Positions 44,260 to 55,324 of a DNA stretch of 64,000 nt are shown piece after piece. A model generated the notes under the pieces. The model saw nothing but the letters and a program-made list of their open reading frames with translations, searched no databases and had not been told where the DNA came from. Every line of letters starts with the position of its first letter. Position 1 is the first letter of the stretch. This stretch comes from Fuerstiella sp. (lineage in GTDB: Bacteria; Planctomycetota; Planctomycetia; Planctomycetales; Planctomycetaceae). Location: assembly GCA_039974975.1 (NCBI GenBank), contig JBDWHY010000081.1, forward strand, positions 20,764-84,763. Reading direction: 5' to 3'. A program made the translations under genes and the position numbers.

Positions 44260-46013
44260 ATATTTTTCTCGGAAGCAACAGTAAAACGAATCGTGCGGTG
44301 TGGCTCAACACTCTCTTGCTTCGGACTCATCTCCACTTGATTGGAGCGACCGGGACGGGGAAAAGTTCAGCCATCGTCACTTTGTTTCGTTCGCTGATGT
44401 TGCAACCCAAGAAGGACAAAGCGGCCATTTTCGTCATTGACCCGCTGGGAAATCTGTCGCGAGACCTTTTGGCGGTGATCGCTCACCCAACCTGGTCGAA
44501 TGACGATGTTCGCGACAGACTGGTCTACATCGAACCAGCCCGTGAAGACGTTGTCGTTCCATTTAACCCTTTGCTGCACACGACGGAAGGCAATCGCTAT
44601 TTCCGTGTCAGTCGGGCGATGACTATCGTATTGCGGGCCTTTCAAGCTCAAGATTTGTCACAACAACCTCGATTGGCCAGGTGGCTGTTTAATTCGTTTA
44701 TGACAGCGGCTGCGATGGGAATCCCAATTGCTGCCTGCGAATACCTGCTGGTTCCGGGATCACCGGAACACAAAGCAATCCTGCTTCGAATGCCCGAAAG
44801 TTACCGAGTGGAATGGAACGACATTCTTCGTTCCAACTCCCAGGCGTTGCAGACACTGGATTCAACACGAAATCGACTGCAGCCGTTCTTCAAATCACCG
44901 ATATTGAAACGGATGTTCGGAGTCCACGAGAGTCACTTCAACTGTGAGCGTTTCATTCGTGAACGCAAAATCGTGATACTCAACCTGGGCAGCTACGGCA
45001 AACTTGCAGAACGCGATGGTGACACCATTGGTGCAATGGCGTTCAACGAGATCATTGAGGTGGCGCGGCAAATGGCAACTGACTGTGGTCGAGACGTCGT
45101 CGAACCTACGTACGTATTCCTCGATGAATTCTCTCGTTTCGTGGGACCCGATGTAGCCGACGCGATCGCGACGGTTCGGCAGATGGGATTGAGATGCGTA
45201 TTTGCCCATCAATCATTTTCGCAGCTTGAAAAGGGCGACGTGGATCTCACACAAATGATTTACCAGGCACGTTCTCGACTAGTCTTTGCAAACAGCGGAG
45301 AAGACGCCGATCGTTGTGCCTACGAACTGGCACGCCTGACATTTGATCCAAAGGAAGTAAAAGAAGAGCGATACTCGTGGAAGCAACTGATCATGGGCTA
45401 TCGCAAAGATTGGCTCAAAAACCATTCCCAATCAAGCACACGGTCGCAGGCAGAGGCTTCCAACCGATCGTCCAGTGAAAACGAATCTCGATCTCACCAC
45501 ACAGAACAGGACGGATCCTCTCATAATATTGGAGAGAGCCACGTTCAGGCTACCAGCAACACTTCGGGATTGAGCAATGGTGATTCGACGGGGGAGAGCC
45601 AAGTGAATGTCCCGATTCACAAGACGTTTCGGGAACTGGCCAGTCGTGAATATCAAAGTCTGCCTGAATACGAAGTCGAATGGGGTCAGCGTATTCGGCG
45701 ACTGAAAGTGGGTGAAGCTTTCTGGCAGGAGGCGGAAGCCGAATCGGTTCCCAAGATCCAGGTGGACTATGTGCCCATTGAACAGGATCAAGAAACTCGT
45801 CTCCGAGTTGAAGCCTTGATTGAACGGAATTTCAAGACGGATGTCTTCATTACGGCGGACGAAGCTGACCACGAAGTCGAGGCATGCCGTCAACAACTAC
45901 TTGGGTGCGATCCGATGCCATTCGAAAGAGAGATCCAGACTCGCGACTATCCGAAATCGCCCGATCAAGGGGATGCGGATACGTCTCCCGGTGACCCGCC
46001 GTTCACACTGTGA
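44256..46013 (+). CDS. FtsK/HerA/TraD-superfamily P-loop ATPase (T4CP-like), paralog of 28306-30432
   Basis: Walker A LIGATGTGKSS about 30 aa from the start, DPLGNLSRDLL, Walker B YVFLDEFSRF, FAHQSFSQL. Ser-rich disordered region near the C-terminus. Confidence 0.75.
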   Translation: MNIFLGSNSKTNRAVWLNTLLLRTHLHLIGATGTGKSSAIVTLFRSLMLQPKKDKAAIFVIDPLGNLSRDLLAVIAHPTWSNDDVRDRLVYIEPAREDVVVPFNPLLHTTEGNRYFRVSRAMTIVLRAFQAQDLSQQPRLARWLFNSFMTAAAMGIPIAACEYLLVPGSPEHKAILLRMPESYRVEWNDILRSNSQALQTLDSTRNRLQPFFKSPILKRMFGVHESHFNCERFIRERKIVILNLGSYGKLAERDGDTIGAMAFNEIIEVARQMATDCGRDVVEPTYVFLDEFSRFVGPDVADAIATVRQMGLRCVFAHQSFSQLEKGDVDLTQMIYQARSRLVFANSGEDADRCAYELARLTFDPKEVKEERYSWKQLIMGYRKDWLKNHSQSSTRSQAEASNRSSSENESRSHHTEQDGSSHNIGESHVQATSNTSGLSNGDSTGESQVNVPIHKTFRELASREYQSLPEYEVEWGQRIRRLKVGEAFWQEAEAESVPKIQVDYVPIEQDQETRLRVEALIERNFKTDVFITADEADHEVEACRQQLLGCDPMPFEREIQTRDYPKSPDQGDADTSPGDPPFTL

Positions 46014-46372
46014 ACATTTTGCATGCTGCGAGCGTGTGCCAGTGCTGCGGCTTCATGCAGGGTGAGGCCGCCGTGCTGTGACACGTCTTCGAGAACCTCC
46101 TGGAATTCATTTCGATCGAAAGCCGAAACTCCAAATTCAAGGACATGATTCATTTCAAAGCGAATGCGAGCTGCTTCCTGAGTGATCCGATCTTTAATGG
46201 CCTCTAGCTGTTTTCGCTGAGCCTCGATACGAGCCGCTGATTCGCTTAGAAATTTCAAGTGGCGAATTGCTTCTCCTCTTCGCAGCGCCCGACCGACTCC
46301 GGTAAACGCGCTGTATTTTGTCTGCAGGTCCGGGGCGACGCCATCAAGTGGTTGAGATTCTGGTTGATTCAC
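45965..46372 (-). CDS. hypothetical coiled-coil protein (weak)
   Basis: 135-aa ORF that converges on and overlaps the ATPase 3' end by 49 nt. Non-repetitive, helical-looking sequence. No family recognised. Confidence 0.3.
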   Translation of the reverse strand: MNQPESQPLDGVAPDLQTKYSAFTGVGRALRRGEAIRHLKFLSESAARIEAQRKQLEAIKDRITQEAARIRFEMNHVLEFGVSAFDRNEFQEVLEDVSQHGGLTLHEAAALAHARSMQNVHSVNGGSPGDVSASP

Positions 46373-46579
46373 ACTGTCAGCGTACGTCGTTTCGTGGACT
46401 TGCGCAATTCAGAAAGTGTTGCGATATATGTGTTATGTGGTCTCAATCTACTGGGTTGTCGCTGGATTTCGTTGCGTGTCCGGAGGGTGTCCGCTGACTG
46501 TCCAACCCGGGACAAGCAGGGGCTTGACGGAAGTTGTTCCCTCCAGCAGCTTTAGGGTGCAGCGGGCTTGCTTCGCAAC

Positions 46580-46664
46580 CCCTTGCCCTCTTGGGTTCCC
46601 GGGGCAGCAGTTCGCCTTGGGCTTCACTGGTCCCGGACGCGGTGCTAACCCAAGAGGGCAAGGG
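46580..46664. repeat. 18-bp perfect inverted repeat (hairpin with a 49-nt loop) in a long non-coding region
   Basis: CCCTTGCCCTCTTGGGTT at 46580-46597 pairs with AACCCAAGAGGGCAAGGG at 46647-46664. An outer pairing is GGGTGCAG (46554-46561) with CTGCACCC (about 46709-46716). Confidence 0.9.
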
Positions 46665-47094
46665 CTTGGCTCCCGTGATTTCGCTGTGCTCAACCCGTCC
46701 GCGGCGCCCCTGCACCCCTGCCGAAACGACGATCGATTTGATCATGTTTCCAACTCACAGCTGTTTCGGCACTTTGGCTCCGCCAAAGAAAAGCTGCCCC
46801 CTCCATGTTGACCTGAATAGTCGGAGCCAGATTCATGCGATGACACTTCTGAGAACAAGATGATAAAACTGACACTTGCTTTGCCTCAATCACCTCTCGT
46901 TCACTTCGTTGTTCTGTGCCGATCTGAAACCAACTCTAGTTTTCGAATGCCGTCCAGAGTCGGTGGACAACCGATACTCCGGCAAAATTCGGATGACGAC
47001 TTGATCCGCCTTCAGGATTTCAACGAACCAGTCAATCCGATCGTTTCTTTGATGTAAACGTCTTACCTCCCTCGCAACACTGAAGGGTCTTCCC

Positions 47095-47853
47095 ATGAAG
47101 AGTATTCTTGATTCGCCAACGATCAGCGGCCGTGCTTTCTTCCCTCGGAATTACGACCTCGACGATGTTCAGCTCCTTGAGCTGAGTGGCACAACGCTGG
47201 CGTACCATCACACTGTGGTTGACCCAACAGCGCTCACGTTGCTTCACTTTCATGGAAATGGGGAGACGATCGCCGACTACGTGAATGGACAGTTTCATCA
47301 GTTCTATGAACTCGGCATCAACGTCCTGTTTGTGGAGTATCGCGGCTACGGCCAGTCATTTGGTGTACCAGAACTGGTTGCCATGCTGGACGACGGAGAA
47401 GAACTCGTCAAAGGACTGGGATTGTCTTTCGATCGCGTCATTTCATTTGGGCGTTCAATGGGAAGCCTGTATTCGATTGAAATGGCCGCTCGCCAACCGA
47501 CACTCGCAGGATTGGCCATCGAAAGTGGAATTCATGATCTCGCCGAGCGACTGAATGCGTGGGGTGCCGGACCCGACTTTTCAAGTCAGAAAATCGAAGA
47601 GGAATGTCAATCGCATTTCGATCATGGTTCCAAACTGCGGCAATACCCTGGGCCGGTACTCGTTCTTCATGCCGAACGTGACCATATCATCGATATCACA
47701 CATGCTGAACGCAATTATCAGGCGAATCCTGACCAATCGAAACTGGTTCGACTTCCTCACGGAGATCATAGCTCTGTGATGCCATTCAACGCCGACGAGT
47801 ATTTCTCTGAGCTTCGACACTTCATCGTGAGGTGTGGCCAGAAAGAAGACTGA
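47095..47853 (+). CDS. alpha/beta-hydrolase fold protein
   Basis: HFHGNGE oxyanion region, nucleophile elbow GRSMGS, later Asp (ERDHIID) and His (PHGDHS). Confidence 0.8.
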   Translation: MKSILDSPTISGRAFFPRNYDLDDVQLLELSGTTLAYHHTVVDPTALTLLHFHGNGETIADYVNGQFHQFYELGINVLFVEYRGYGQSFGVPELVAMLDDGEELVKGLGLSFDRVISFGRSMGSLYSIEMAARQPTLAGLAIESGIHDLAERLNAWGAGPDFSSQKIEEECQSHFDHGSKLRQYPGPVLVLHAERDHIIDITHAERNYQANPDQSKLVRLPHGDHSSVMPFNADEYFSELRHFIVRCGQKED

Positions 47854-48563
47854 GCAACGGCTATTGGGGAATTGGTCGACGACGTCATTTAAACGGCAAA
47901 CCGTTGGCGACGATGTCAGTGGAAGAGCCCGTAAAAAGAAATGTGACTCAATCGATTTTGGACTTGAAATTTTGGGGTTGGATTCTTCTAATGAAGGCAC
48001 TGCGAATGATGAATCAGCTTCAACTGGCATTCCCGACACGGTTTGGCGGTTGCCTGAGAACTCATTCACAGTTCCTCGCTTTGCGAGGCTATCACTTTCC
48101 CCCTTTGACGATGCGAAAACTTTTTCGTTTGTTCATTCGACTTGCAAAGTGGAATGGACGGATCATCAAACGGTACGTTCGACTGGTCGAATCGACCAGA
48201 AGGCCTGTGACCAACGGCAAGCCCGGCCAGATGACACCTGGTATCGGACTTGAAGTCTCACTGCTGAGCGTTTCCGTTGCACTTGGAGCTGGGCACTTAG
48301 TGCTTTTCTTCCGAGCTTAAGGAGAGAGTGCCACACAACTGGTCTGCGTGTCAACCAGATTGTGCGGAGGTCAGGCGGACTCACCGGAGATGTCGCAAGA
48401 CATTGTAGGTGACAACACTGACTGATACTGCAGTCTCAATGAGGCTGAACTCTCATCGGGAAGCGACGCTCCGTCGCTTCTCACTTTTTCGACATTCATC
48501 GGTGCCGCTGCGCCTGATGAATGAGAGTTCCTGCGTAAGCCCATTGATCGACGGACGACTTCG

Positions 48564-49445
48564 ATGCCCATGATTCTTCAGCCGAGAGACATTCGCGTCC
48601 TCTCTCACTTCGCACGCTATTTCATGCTGACTTCGCGGCAGGTCCGTGAACTGGAATTCTCAGGTGACACAACGGGACGCGCGACCCGCCGCCGTCTGAC
48701 GCTGATGGCGAAAGAAGGTTATCTTCGGAAACGAAATCTGTACGTCGTCAATCCGAAAGATGGGGCCGCGACTCCCGTGTATCACTTGGATAGAACGGGC
48801 CGCGATTTTCTTGCTGGTCACTTCGACGACGATTGCCTGCGTTTACTACCGATTGAACCATCGCAGCCGCAACATCTCTATCATTACGTGGCCGTTGCCG
48901 AATCTCACCGTATCTTTGATCAAGCTATCACGGTCACCAGTGAGAAGGTGACGATTCCTCGCTGGTACAACGAAGACGAAATCATTAATCCGGAAGTCGA
49001 GCGAGCCGGTGATCGACGCTACCTACGAACCGACTTTAATGAGTCGCCCAAGGTTGTCTGTATTCCCGACGCCGCGTTCCTTGTTGAGTACAACAGGCAC
49101 AAAATCGCAATCTACCTTGAGCAGGATCGGGACTCATTTTTCCATGATAGAGTTGCGGCCAGGAAGAGTCGTGGCTACGAGCGACTGCTTGCTTCAAAGG
49201 GACACCGTCGACATTTCCCTGACTCCACGGTCGACTTTTTCTATGTGATGTTTATTGCTCCGACTTCACGACGCGCCGATCAGTTGTGCCGAGCTTTCAA
49301 GAAGCGGAACGGCGACTCCGAAGCCGCGAAAGTTTACCGTTTTGCATCTCTTAATGAGATCACCCCGAACGATCTGTTGTTTGAACCCGTCCTTCGACAT
49401 TGCCATCGCGATGAGAAAGTTTCGCTGATTACACGGATTGAATGA
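48564..49445 (+). CDS. replication-relaxation (Replic_Relax) family protein, second copy
   Basis: LQPRDIRVLSHFARYFMLTSRQVRELEF...RRRLTLMAKEGYL winged-helix N-terminus. Same layout as 27037-27921. Confidence 0.7.
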   Translation: MPMILQPRDIRVLSHFARYFMLTSRQVRELEFSGDTTGRATRRRLTLMAKEGYLRKRNLYVVNPKDGAATPVYHLDRTGRDFLAGHFDDDCLRLLPIEPSQPQHLYHYVAVAESHRIFDQAITVTSEKVTIPRWYNEDEIINPEVERAGDRRYLRTDFNESPKVVCIPDAAFLVEYNRHKIAIYLEQDRDSFFHDRVAARKSRGYERLLASKGHRRHFPDSTVDFFYVMFIAPTSRRADQLCRAFKKRNGDSEAAKVYRFASLNEITPNDLLFEPVLRHCHRDEKVSLITRIE

Positions 49446-49545
49446 TGCCGCCACACAACCGTGAGAGGATTGGCCTACCGACTGTTCAGGGACAGCGGTG
49501 CGGTCGATCCTTCTCGTGTGGATTTACATATTTCTCCCATTTACT

Positions 49546-49824
49546 ATGACCAATTCAAAACAGGATTCGACAAACGCGCCAATCAGCCGCATTACGCTGA
49601 AAGGGATCACGGCCAGTGTGTTCCGCAACGTGACGGACAAAGGTGTGCCTTTCTTCAAGGTGAGCATCACACGGACGTTCAAAGACGGAAAAGAATTTCG
49701 CTCCACGACAGCGTTCAATCGTGACGACCTTCCCCTTGTTGGTGAGGTGGTTCGCCGAGCGTGGCTTGAAGTGATGAGACACGAAGCCGATGAAGCATCG
49801 TCGAGAAAAGGCGACGACAGTTAG
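49546..49824 (+). CDS. small conserved hypothetical protein (paralog of 51159-51434)
   Basis: 92 aa from ATG 49546. Shares the pattern ASVF...V.I.R.Y/F.DG.E.R.T..F....LP.V with 51159-51434. Confidence 0.5.
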   Translation: MTNSKQDSTNAPISRITLKGITASVFRNVTDKGVPFFKVSITRTFKDGKEFRSTTAFNRDDLPLVGEVVRRAWLEVMRHEADEASSRKGDDS

Positions 49825-49829
49825 ATTTT

Positions 49830-49853
49830 TGTGGGCCGCCCTGACGGCCCACA
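49830..49853 (+). terminator. terminator-like hairpin after 49546-49824
   Basis: TGTGGGCCG-CCCTGA-CGGCCCACA, a 9-bp perfect stem 6 nt after the stop. No clear U-tail on the plus strand. Confidence 0.4.
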
Positions 49854-50134
49854 AACCAATTATTCTGCGTGACTCTTGCAGTCAATTTCAGTGCGTCACT
49901 GTTCGAGATACCGGAAGGTATTGTGAAACAGTGAAAGCTGAAGCAGGTTTCGATCGTTGATCGACTCTCTGAAGCTTCGCTCCGAAGCTTCCTCACTTAA
50001 GAAAACCATCGCACCCGCGATTCCTGATACACCAATCGTCTTTCCCCTTGGCAGTTGCGGCTGTCTCTCGGACTGGCATGGTGATTTTGTCTGTGGCACG
50101 ACGCCACATTTCAGTTTCTTTCCCCCCACTTTTT

Positions 50135-50518
50135 ATGGCAACACGTTCTTTAATCGCCCGAGCAACGGACGCTGGATACGAATCAGTTTATTGTCACTGG
50201 GATGGCTACCCACAGCACAACGGTGTCATTTTGCTGACTCACTACAGGACGGCTGAAGCAGTCACAGAACTTTTGTCCTTCGGAGATATTTCTATTCTTG
50301 GTCCAAAGATTGGCGTGGCTCACGATTTCGAACAGGCCGGGCATTCGCCCTTCACAACGTTCTATGGTCGTGACCGCGGTGACACGGGTGAGCATACTCG
50401 CCCCGCTCACCATTCGTTTCTGTGTGGTGTACTCAAGCGAGCTCAATCACATGGCTGTGAATTCATCTATCTTTTCGAAGACAATGACTGGGTGTACTGC
50501 GAACGTCTGGATCAGTAG
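50135..50518 (+). CDS. hypothetical protein (YCHWDGYP motif)
   Basis: 127 aa from ATG 50135. No family named with confidence. Confidence 0.45.
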   Translation: MATRSLIARATDAGYESVYCHWDGYPQHNGVILLTHYRTAEAVTELLSFGDISILGPKIGVAHDFEQAGHSPFTTFYGRDRGDTGEHTRPAHHSFLCGVLKRAQSHGCEFIYLFEDNDWVYCERLDQ

Positions 50519-50842
50519 TTCAGACGCGATATCGGCGATCGCCATCGCAAGATTCGAACGGCTAGACGACACTTGAAGTGTTGAGCTGTGGAAATGAGTG
50601 TAGAGATTCGTGGCCGCCGCAACGGCCGCGTTTCTGTGCACGAGCTTGAAGTTCTGCACCAACTGGTGCGGTCAACCGGGTGTAGGCAACTGCGACGTCT
50701 CGCGACGTTCCTTTCGCCGTCACCGGTTAATTCAGACCATCTCTTGGTCCACTCTCTGAATCGCCTGCTCCCGGCGGTTCTCTCTTTCACACGATCCCAC
50801 TGTGGGATCGTCGTGCGCTCACAATTGAAGAGGAGAGTTTTG

Positions 50843-51052
50843 ATGAAAGTGCAGTTGTCCGAATGGCACGAGTCCACCACGTGTTGTTGGTGTGAGAAAG
50901 AACGAGAGTGCGTGTCGACTACGTTCTCTGATGGCTTTCTGAACAAGGCGGCGCTTTGCTGGAAGTGTCTGCAGACGGCCTTCAAGGTCAGAAGCAAGCA
51001 GCCGAATACGCCAGCATCAACAACAGTCCAGCAGGCAACGGAAACATCGTGA
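50843..51052 (+). CDS. small Cys-rich (zinc-ribbon-like) protein
   Basis: 69 aa. ATG 50843 is preceded by GAGGAGAG. Cys pairs CCWC...CWKC. Confidence 0.45.
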   Translation: MKVQLSEWHESTTCCWCEKERECVSTTFSDGFLNKAALCWKCLQTAFKVRSKQPNTPASTTVQQATETS

Positions 51053-51158
51053 TCTGTTTGCGCTGTTGATGCCTTCTGTGGCACGATCGAAGTCCTGTCG
51101 GCAATCGTCGGCAGGGCGACGATCTTTCTTTCTCTGGTCTTACAAAAAGGCACCCGCC

Positions 51159-51434
51159 ATGAGTTCACAAACGACCAATCCAATCACCCATCGCCCCGAA
51201 AAGGTGTTCCGAATCGGCTACGTTTCTGCATCTGTTTTCACACATGAGGTACGGAACGGAGACGAAATCAGGCAGGTTCGCTCCGTCAACATCCAGAAAC
51301 GCTACATGGATGGAACTGACGTGAGATACACCAGCTCCTTCGGCCTCGCCGAACTCCCACAGGTCCAGCGAGTCTTACAACTCGCCACCAACTGGGTCGA
51401 AGAGGCGGAAGCCGAAATCGACCTTGGAAACTGA
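51159..51434 (+). CDS. small conserved hypothetical protein (paralog of 49546-49824)
   Basis: 91 aa from ATG 51159. Followed by a hairpin. Confidence 0.55.
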   Translation: MSSQTTNPITHRPEKVFRIGYVSASVFTHEVRNGDEIRQVRSVNIQKRYMDGTDVRYTSSFGLAELPQVQRVLQLATNWVEEAEAEIDLGN

Positions 51435-51444
51435 TCGTTGACCG

Positions 51445-51473
51445 CCAAGGCTCCGCACAACGCGGGGCCTTGG
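51445..51473 (+). terminator. terminator-like hairpin
   Basis: CCAAGGCTCCGC-ACAAC-GCGGGGCCTTGG (12-bp stem with one G-U) followed by the T-rich TCTTCACCTTC. Confidence 0.45.
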
Positions 51474-51555
51474 TCTTCACCTTCGAGGGCATCTTTGATG
51501 CTCTGACCAATCTGAAGCAATTCCAGCAATATCACCAACTGAATGGACACCTACA

Positions 51556-51762
51556 ATGGACAAGAACACAATTGGAGAATTGAAGATGATCGACGTCGGA
51601 GAGCTGGCTGAGATTCTATCACTTTCAAAGAGAAGCATTTGGCGAATGCTGAGCCGCGGAGAACTGATCAAGCCAAGGAAGCTAGGCGGCGCTGTCAGAT
51701 GGAACTTAAGCGAAGTTCGGATTTGGATCCAAGAAGGTTGTCCGAGCTGCGAAACGAAGTAG
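51556..51762 (+). CDS. AlpA/excisionase-type helix-turn-helix protein
   Basis: IDVGELAEILSLSKRSIWRMLSRGELIKPRKLGGAVRWNLSEVRIWI is the AlpA/Xis pattern. Lies directly upstream of the integrase. Alternative start at 51586. Confidence 0.8.
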   Translation: MDKNTIGELKMIDVGELAEILSLSKRSIWRMLSRGELIKPRKLGGAVRWNLSEVRIWIQEGCPSCETK

Positions 51763-51809
51763 TCGCACCCTCTCCACCTGTTTCCTGTATTTGATTCAAG
51801 GAGATCTTG

Positions 51810-53457
<1,648 letters not shown>

Positions 53458-53803
53458 GATAAGGTGAAGTGATCACAGTAAATCGCGATCACCTGACACC
53501 ATCTTAGCTGGACATCGGTCCAGAGAACAGGTTCGCTTGAATTTTGTGAAAATTGAACCAATCCACGACTCGGGATTCAGCGATTATTTGGCTGTTTCAA
53601 GTGCTTCATCGCTGCCAAATTGAAATCATGAGCGATCTCGAAATGAGCGTTCACCGTTGTGCTCGTCAGAGGAACCGCCTGAGTTGTGCTTTTGGGGCGT
53701 GGCTTCTGGACGGGCGATGTTGAATTTGGGCAGACCGGACCTTTACGCGTACGACTTGCGATTCGGGGCTGTTGTCTTGCAGATCGGATCAGGCGTTGTC
53801 TGG

Positions 53804-55258
53804 TTAGGGCTTTGCTGGAGCTTCCGTCTGATTGGCAAGATGCAGCAATCCAGAAAGCAGTCCTTGAGAAACCTTGGTCATGTGGTCGAAGTCGAGCTTT
53901 TCCCATTCATCAGTGGGCTGGTGATAATCGCTGTGGAGTGATCCGGCTGAAAAACTGTGAGCGATGACTCCTTTTTGCACAAACGAATAGTTGTCGCTTC
54001 GTGTGTACAACATTTCACCGACGTCCGTTCGATTGAAAACTTCGACTCCGGCTCGCAGGCTACCCTGATTCATGATTTCGCCAAGATTGGAGTGCTTCCA
54101 GCCGGTCATCCAGACTTTGCCTTTGGCATCGGCTTCAGGACGGCCCAGCATTTCGAAATTCACATTGGCGATCGTTTGGTCCAAAGGCCACAGCGGATCC
54201 TTTGCATAGGCTTTTGAACCAAGCAGACCCGATTCTTCTCCCCAAAACGTGCCGAAGATGATCGAACGCTTAGGCGGTTCCGGCATAGCGGCGACGGCTT
54301 CTGCCATTGCCAACACTGCGGCGACTCCGGTTGCATTGTCGTCTGCTCCGTTATTGATGCGGTCTGGGCCGAACTGGCGAGTTCCAATATGGTCGAGGTG
54401 AGCAGTGACGATGATGGCAGTTTTGGAAAGCTGTGGGTCTGATCCCCGAACGACTCCAAACACGTTGCGAACTGAAGCCGTGGAATCTAACGCAGCAGGT
54501 ACTTCAGCTTCAACGGATGCTTCTTCGGAAACATCATCTGATGCGACCAGTAGCACAGGCAGGTTGGCGTTGCGTCCTTCCATCGCCGACATGGAGACTC
54601 CTTGAAGAGTGCGGGCGAGTTCTGGCAGGGAGCTGCCCGAATCACATTTCACGATCACAAGAGCAACGTTCTTTCTTTTTAAAGGAATCAATCGTCGAGC
54701 CAAAAAGGACTGCAGCATGTTGGGTGAAACTTGGCCGATGGGCGGCAGAGGCAACCCGTCCAGAACAACGCACAGATCTTGTTGAGAATCCTTGGTCTCG
54801 GTGACCTTCAATGCGTTTCCTTCAGTCAGTAGAGTCCCTTTGAGGGTGACGTCAGATGAAGCGGCCGACAGAATTCCGAGAACCTTGACTGGCTTGCCGG
54901 CCACGCTCAATCGTGCGGCGGCGGGCAGCATGACTTGTGGCCAAGTCTGAACTTGAAAGTAAGATTCGTCCTTTGACAAAGGAGAGAGTCCGGCTGCCTG
55001 CAGTCGTGTTGCGACGTACCGAGACGCAATGGCCAGTTCGGGCGAAGGAGTCATTCGTCCCTTCATTTCGTCGCTGGCCAGAAACGACACGGTGCCCTGC
55101 AGCTTCGCTTTTGTGATGCTGCTGATCGCAGTTTGCTGTTGATTCGATAGCTCGGTCGCTTCTTGAGCTTGTCCAGTGTTTGCAAAGACCACGAAGAGCA
55201 ATAGACAAAATCGCAGCTCTGACCACGGACAGCGCTTCACGAATTGAGAGATCATCAT
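53804..55258 (-). CDS. secreted M28-family metallopeptidase (aminopeptidase-like)
   Basis: Signal peptide after ATG 55258. VTAHLDHIG, GADDNATGVAAVLAMAE, FWGEESGLLGS, HSDYHQPTD metal-ligand contexts. Confidence 0.85.
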   Translation of the reverse strand: MMISQFVKRCPWSELRFCLLLFVVFANTGQAQEATELSNQQQTAISSITKAKLQGTVSFLASDEMKGRMTPSPELAIASRYVATRLQAAGLSPLSKDESYFQVQTWPQVMLPAAARLSVAGKPVKVLGILSAASSDVTLKGTLLTEGNALKVTETKDSQQDLCVVLDGLPLPPIGQVSPNMLQSFLARRLIPLKRKNVALVIVKCDSGSSLPELARTLQGVSMSAMEGRNANLPVLLVASDDVSEEASVEAEVPAALDSTASVRNVFGVVRGSDPQLSKTAIIVTAHLDHIGTRQFGPDRINNGADDNATGVAAVLAMAEAVAAMPEPPKRSIIFGTFWGEESGLLGSKAYAKDPLWPLDQTIANVNFEMLGRPEADAKGKVWMTGWKHSNLGEIMNQGSLRAGVEVFNRTDVGEMLYTRSDNYSFVQKGVIAHSFSAGSLHSDYHQPTDEWEKLDFDHMTKVSQGLLSGLLHLANQTEAPAKP

Positions 55259-55324
55259 GGTCGATTTTCTTTCAGCCTTGGCTGATGCTCTTGGTGAGTT
55301 CAACGACACAGACTGATCGTTGAT

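Noticed and set aside
47832-48320. Plus-strand ORFs of 162 and 139 aa, and a minus ORF at 47581-48069, after the hydrolase gene
   Set aside because: They have non-ATG or poorly placed starts, overlap each other and have no recognisable family. Left unannotated. The 47854-48563 region may be non-coding or hold a small unsupported gene.
50512-51183. 223-aa minus-strand ORF
   Set aside because: It is antisense to two plus-strand genes with better starts (an RBS before 50843; a paralog relationship for 51159-51434). No motifs.
53577-53906. 109-aa minus-strand ORF between ssrA and the M28 gene
   Set aside because: It overlaps the M28 3' end, gives a basic low-complexity product, and has no internal support.
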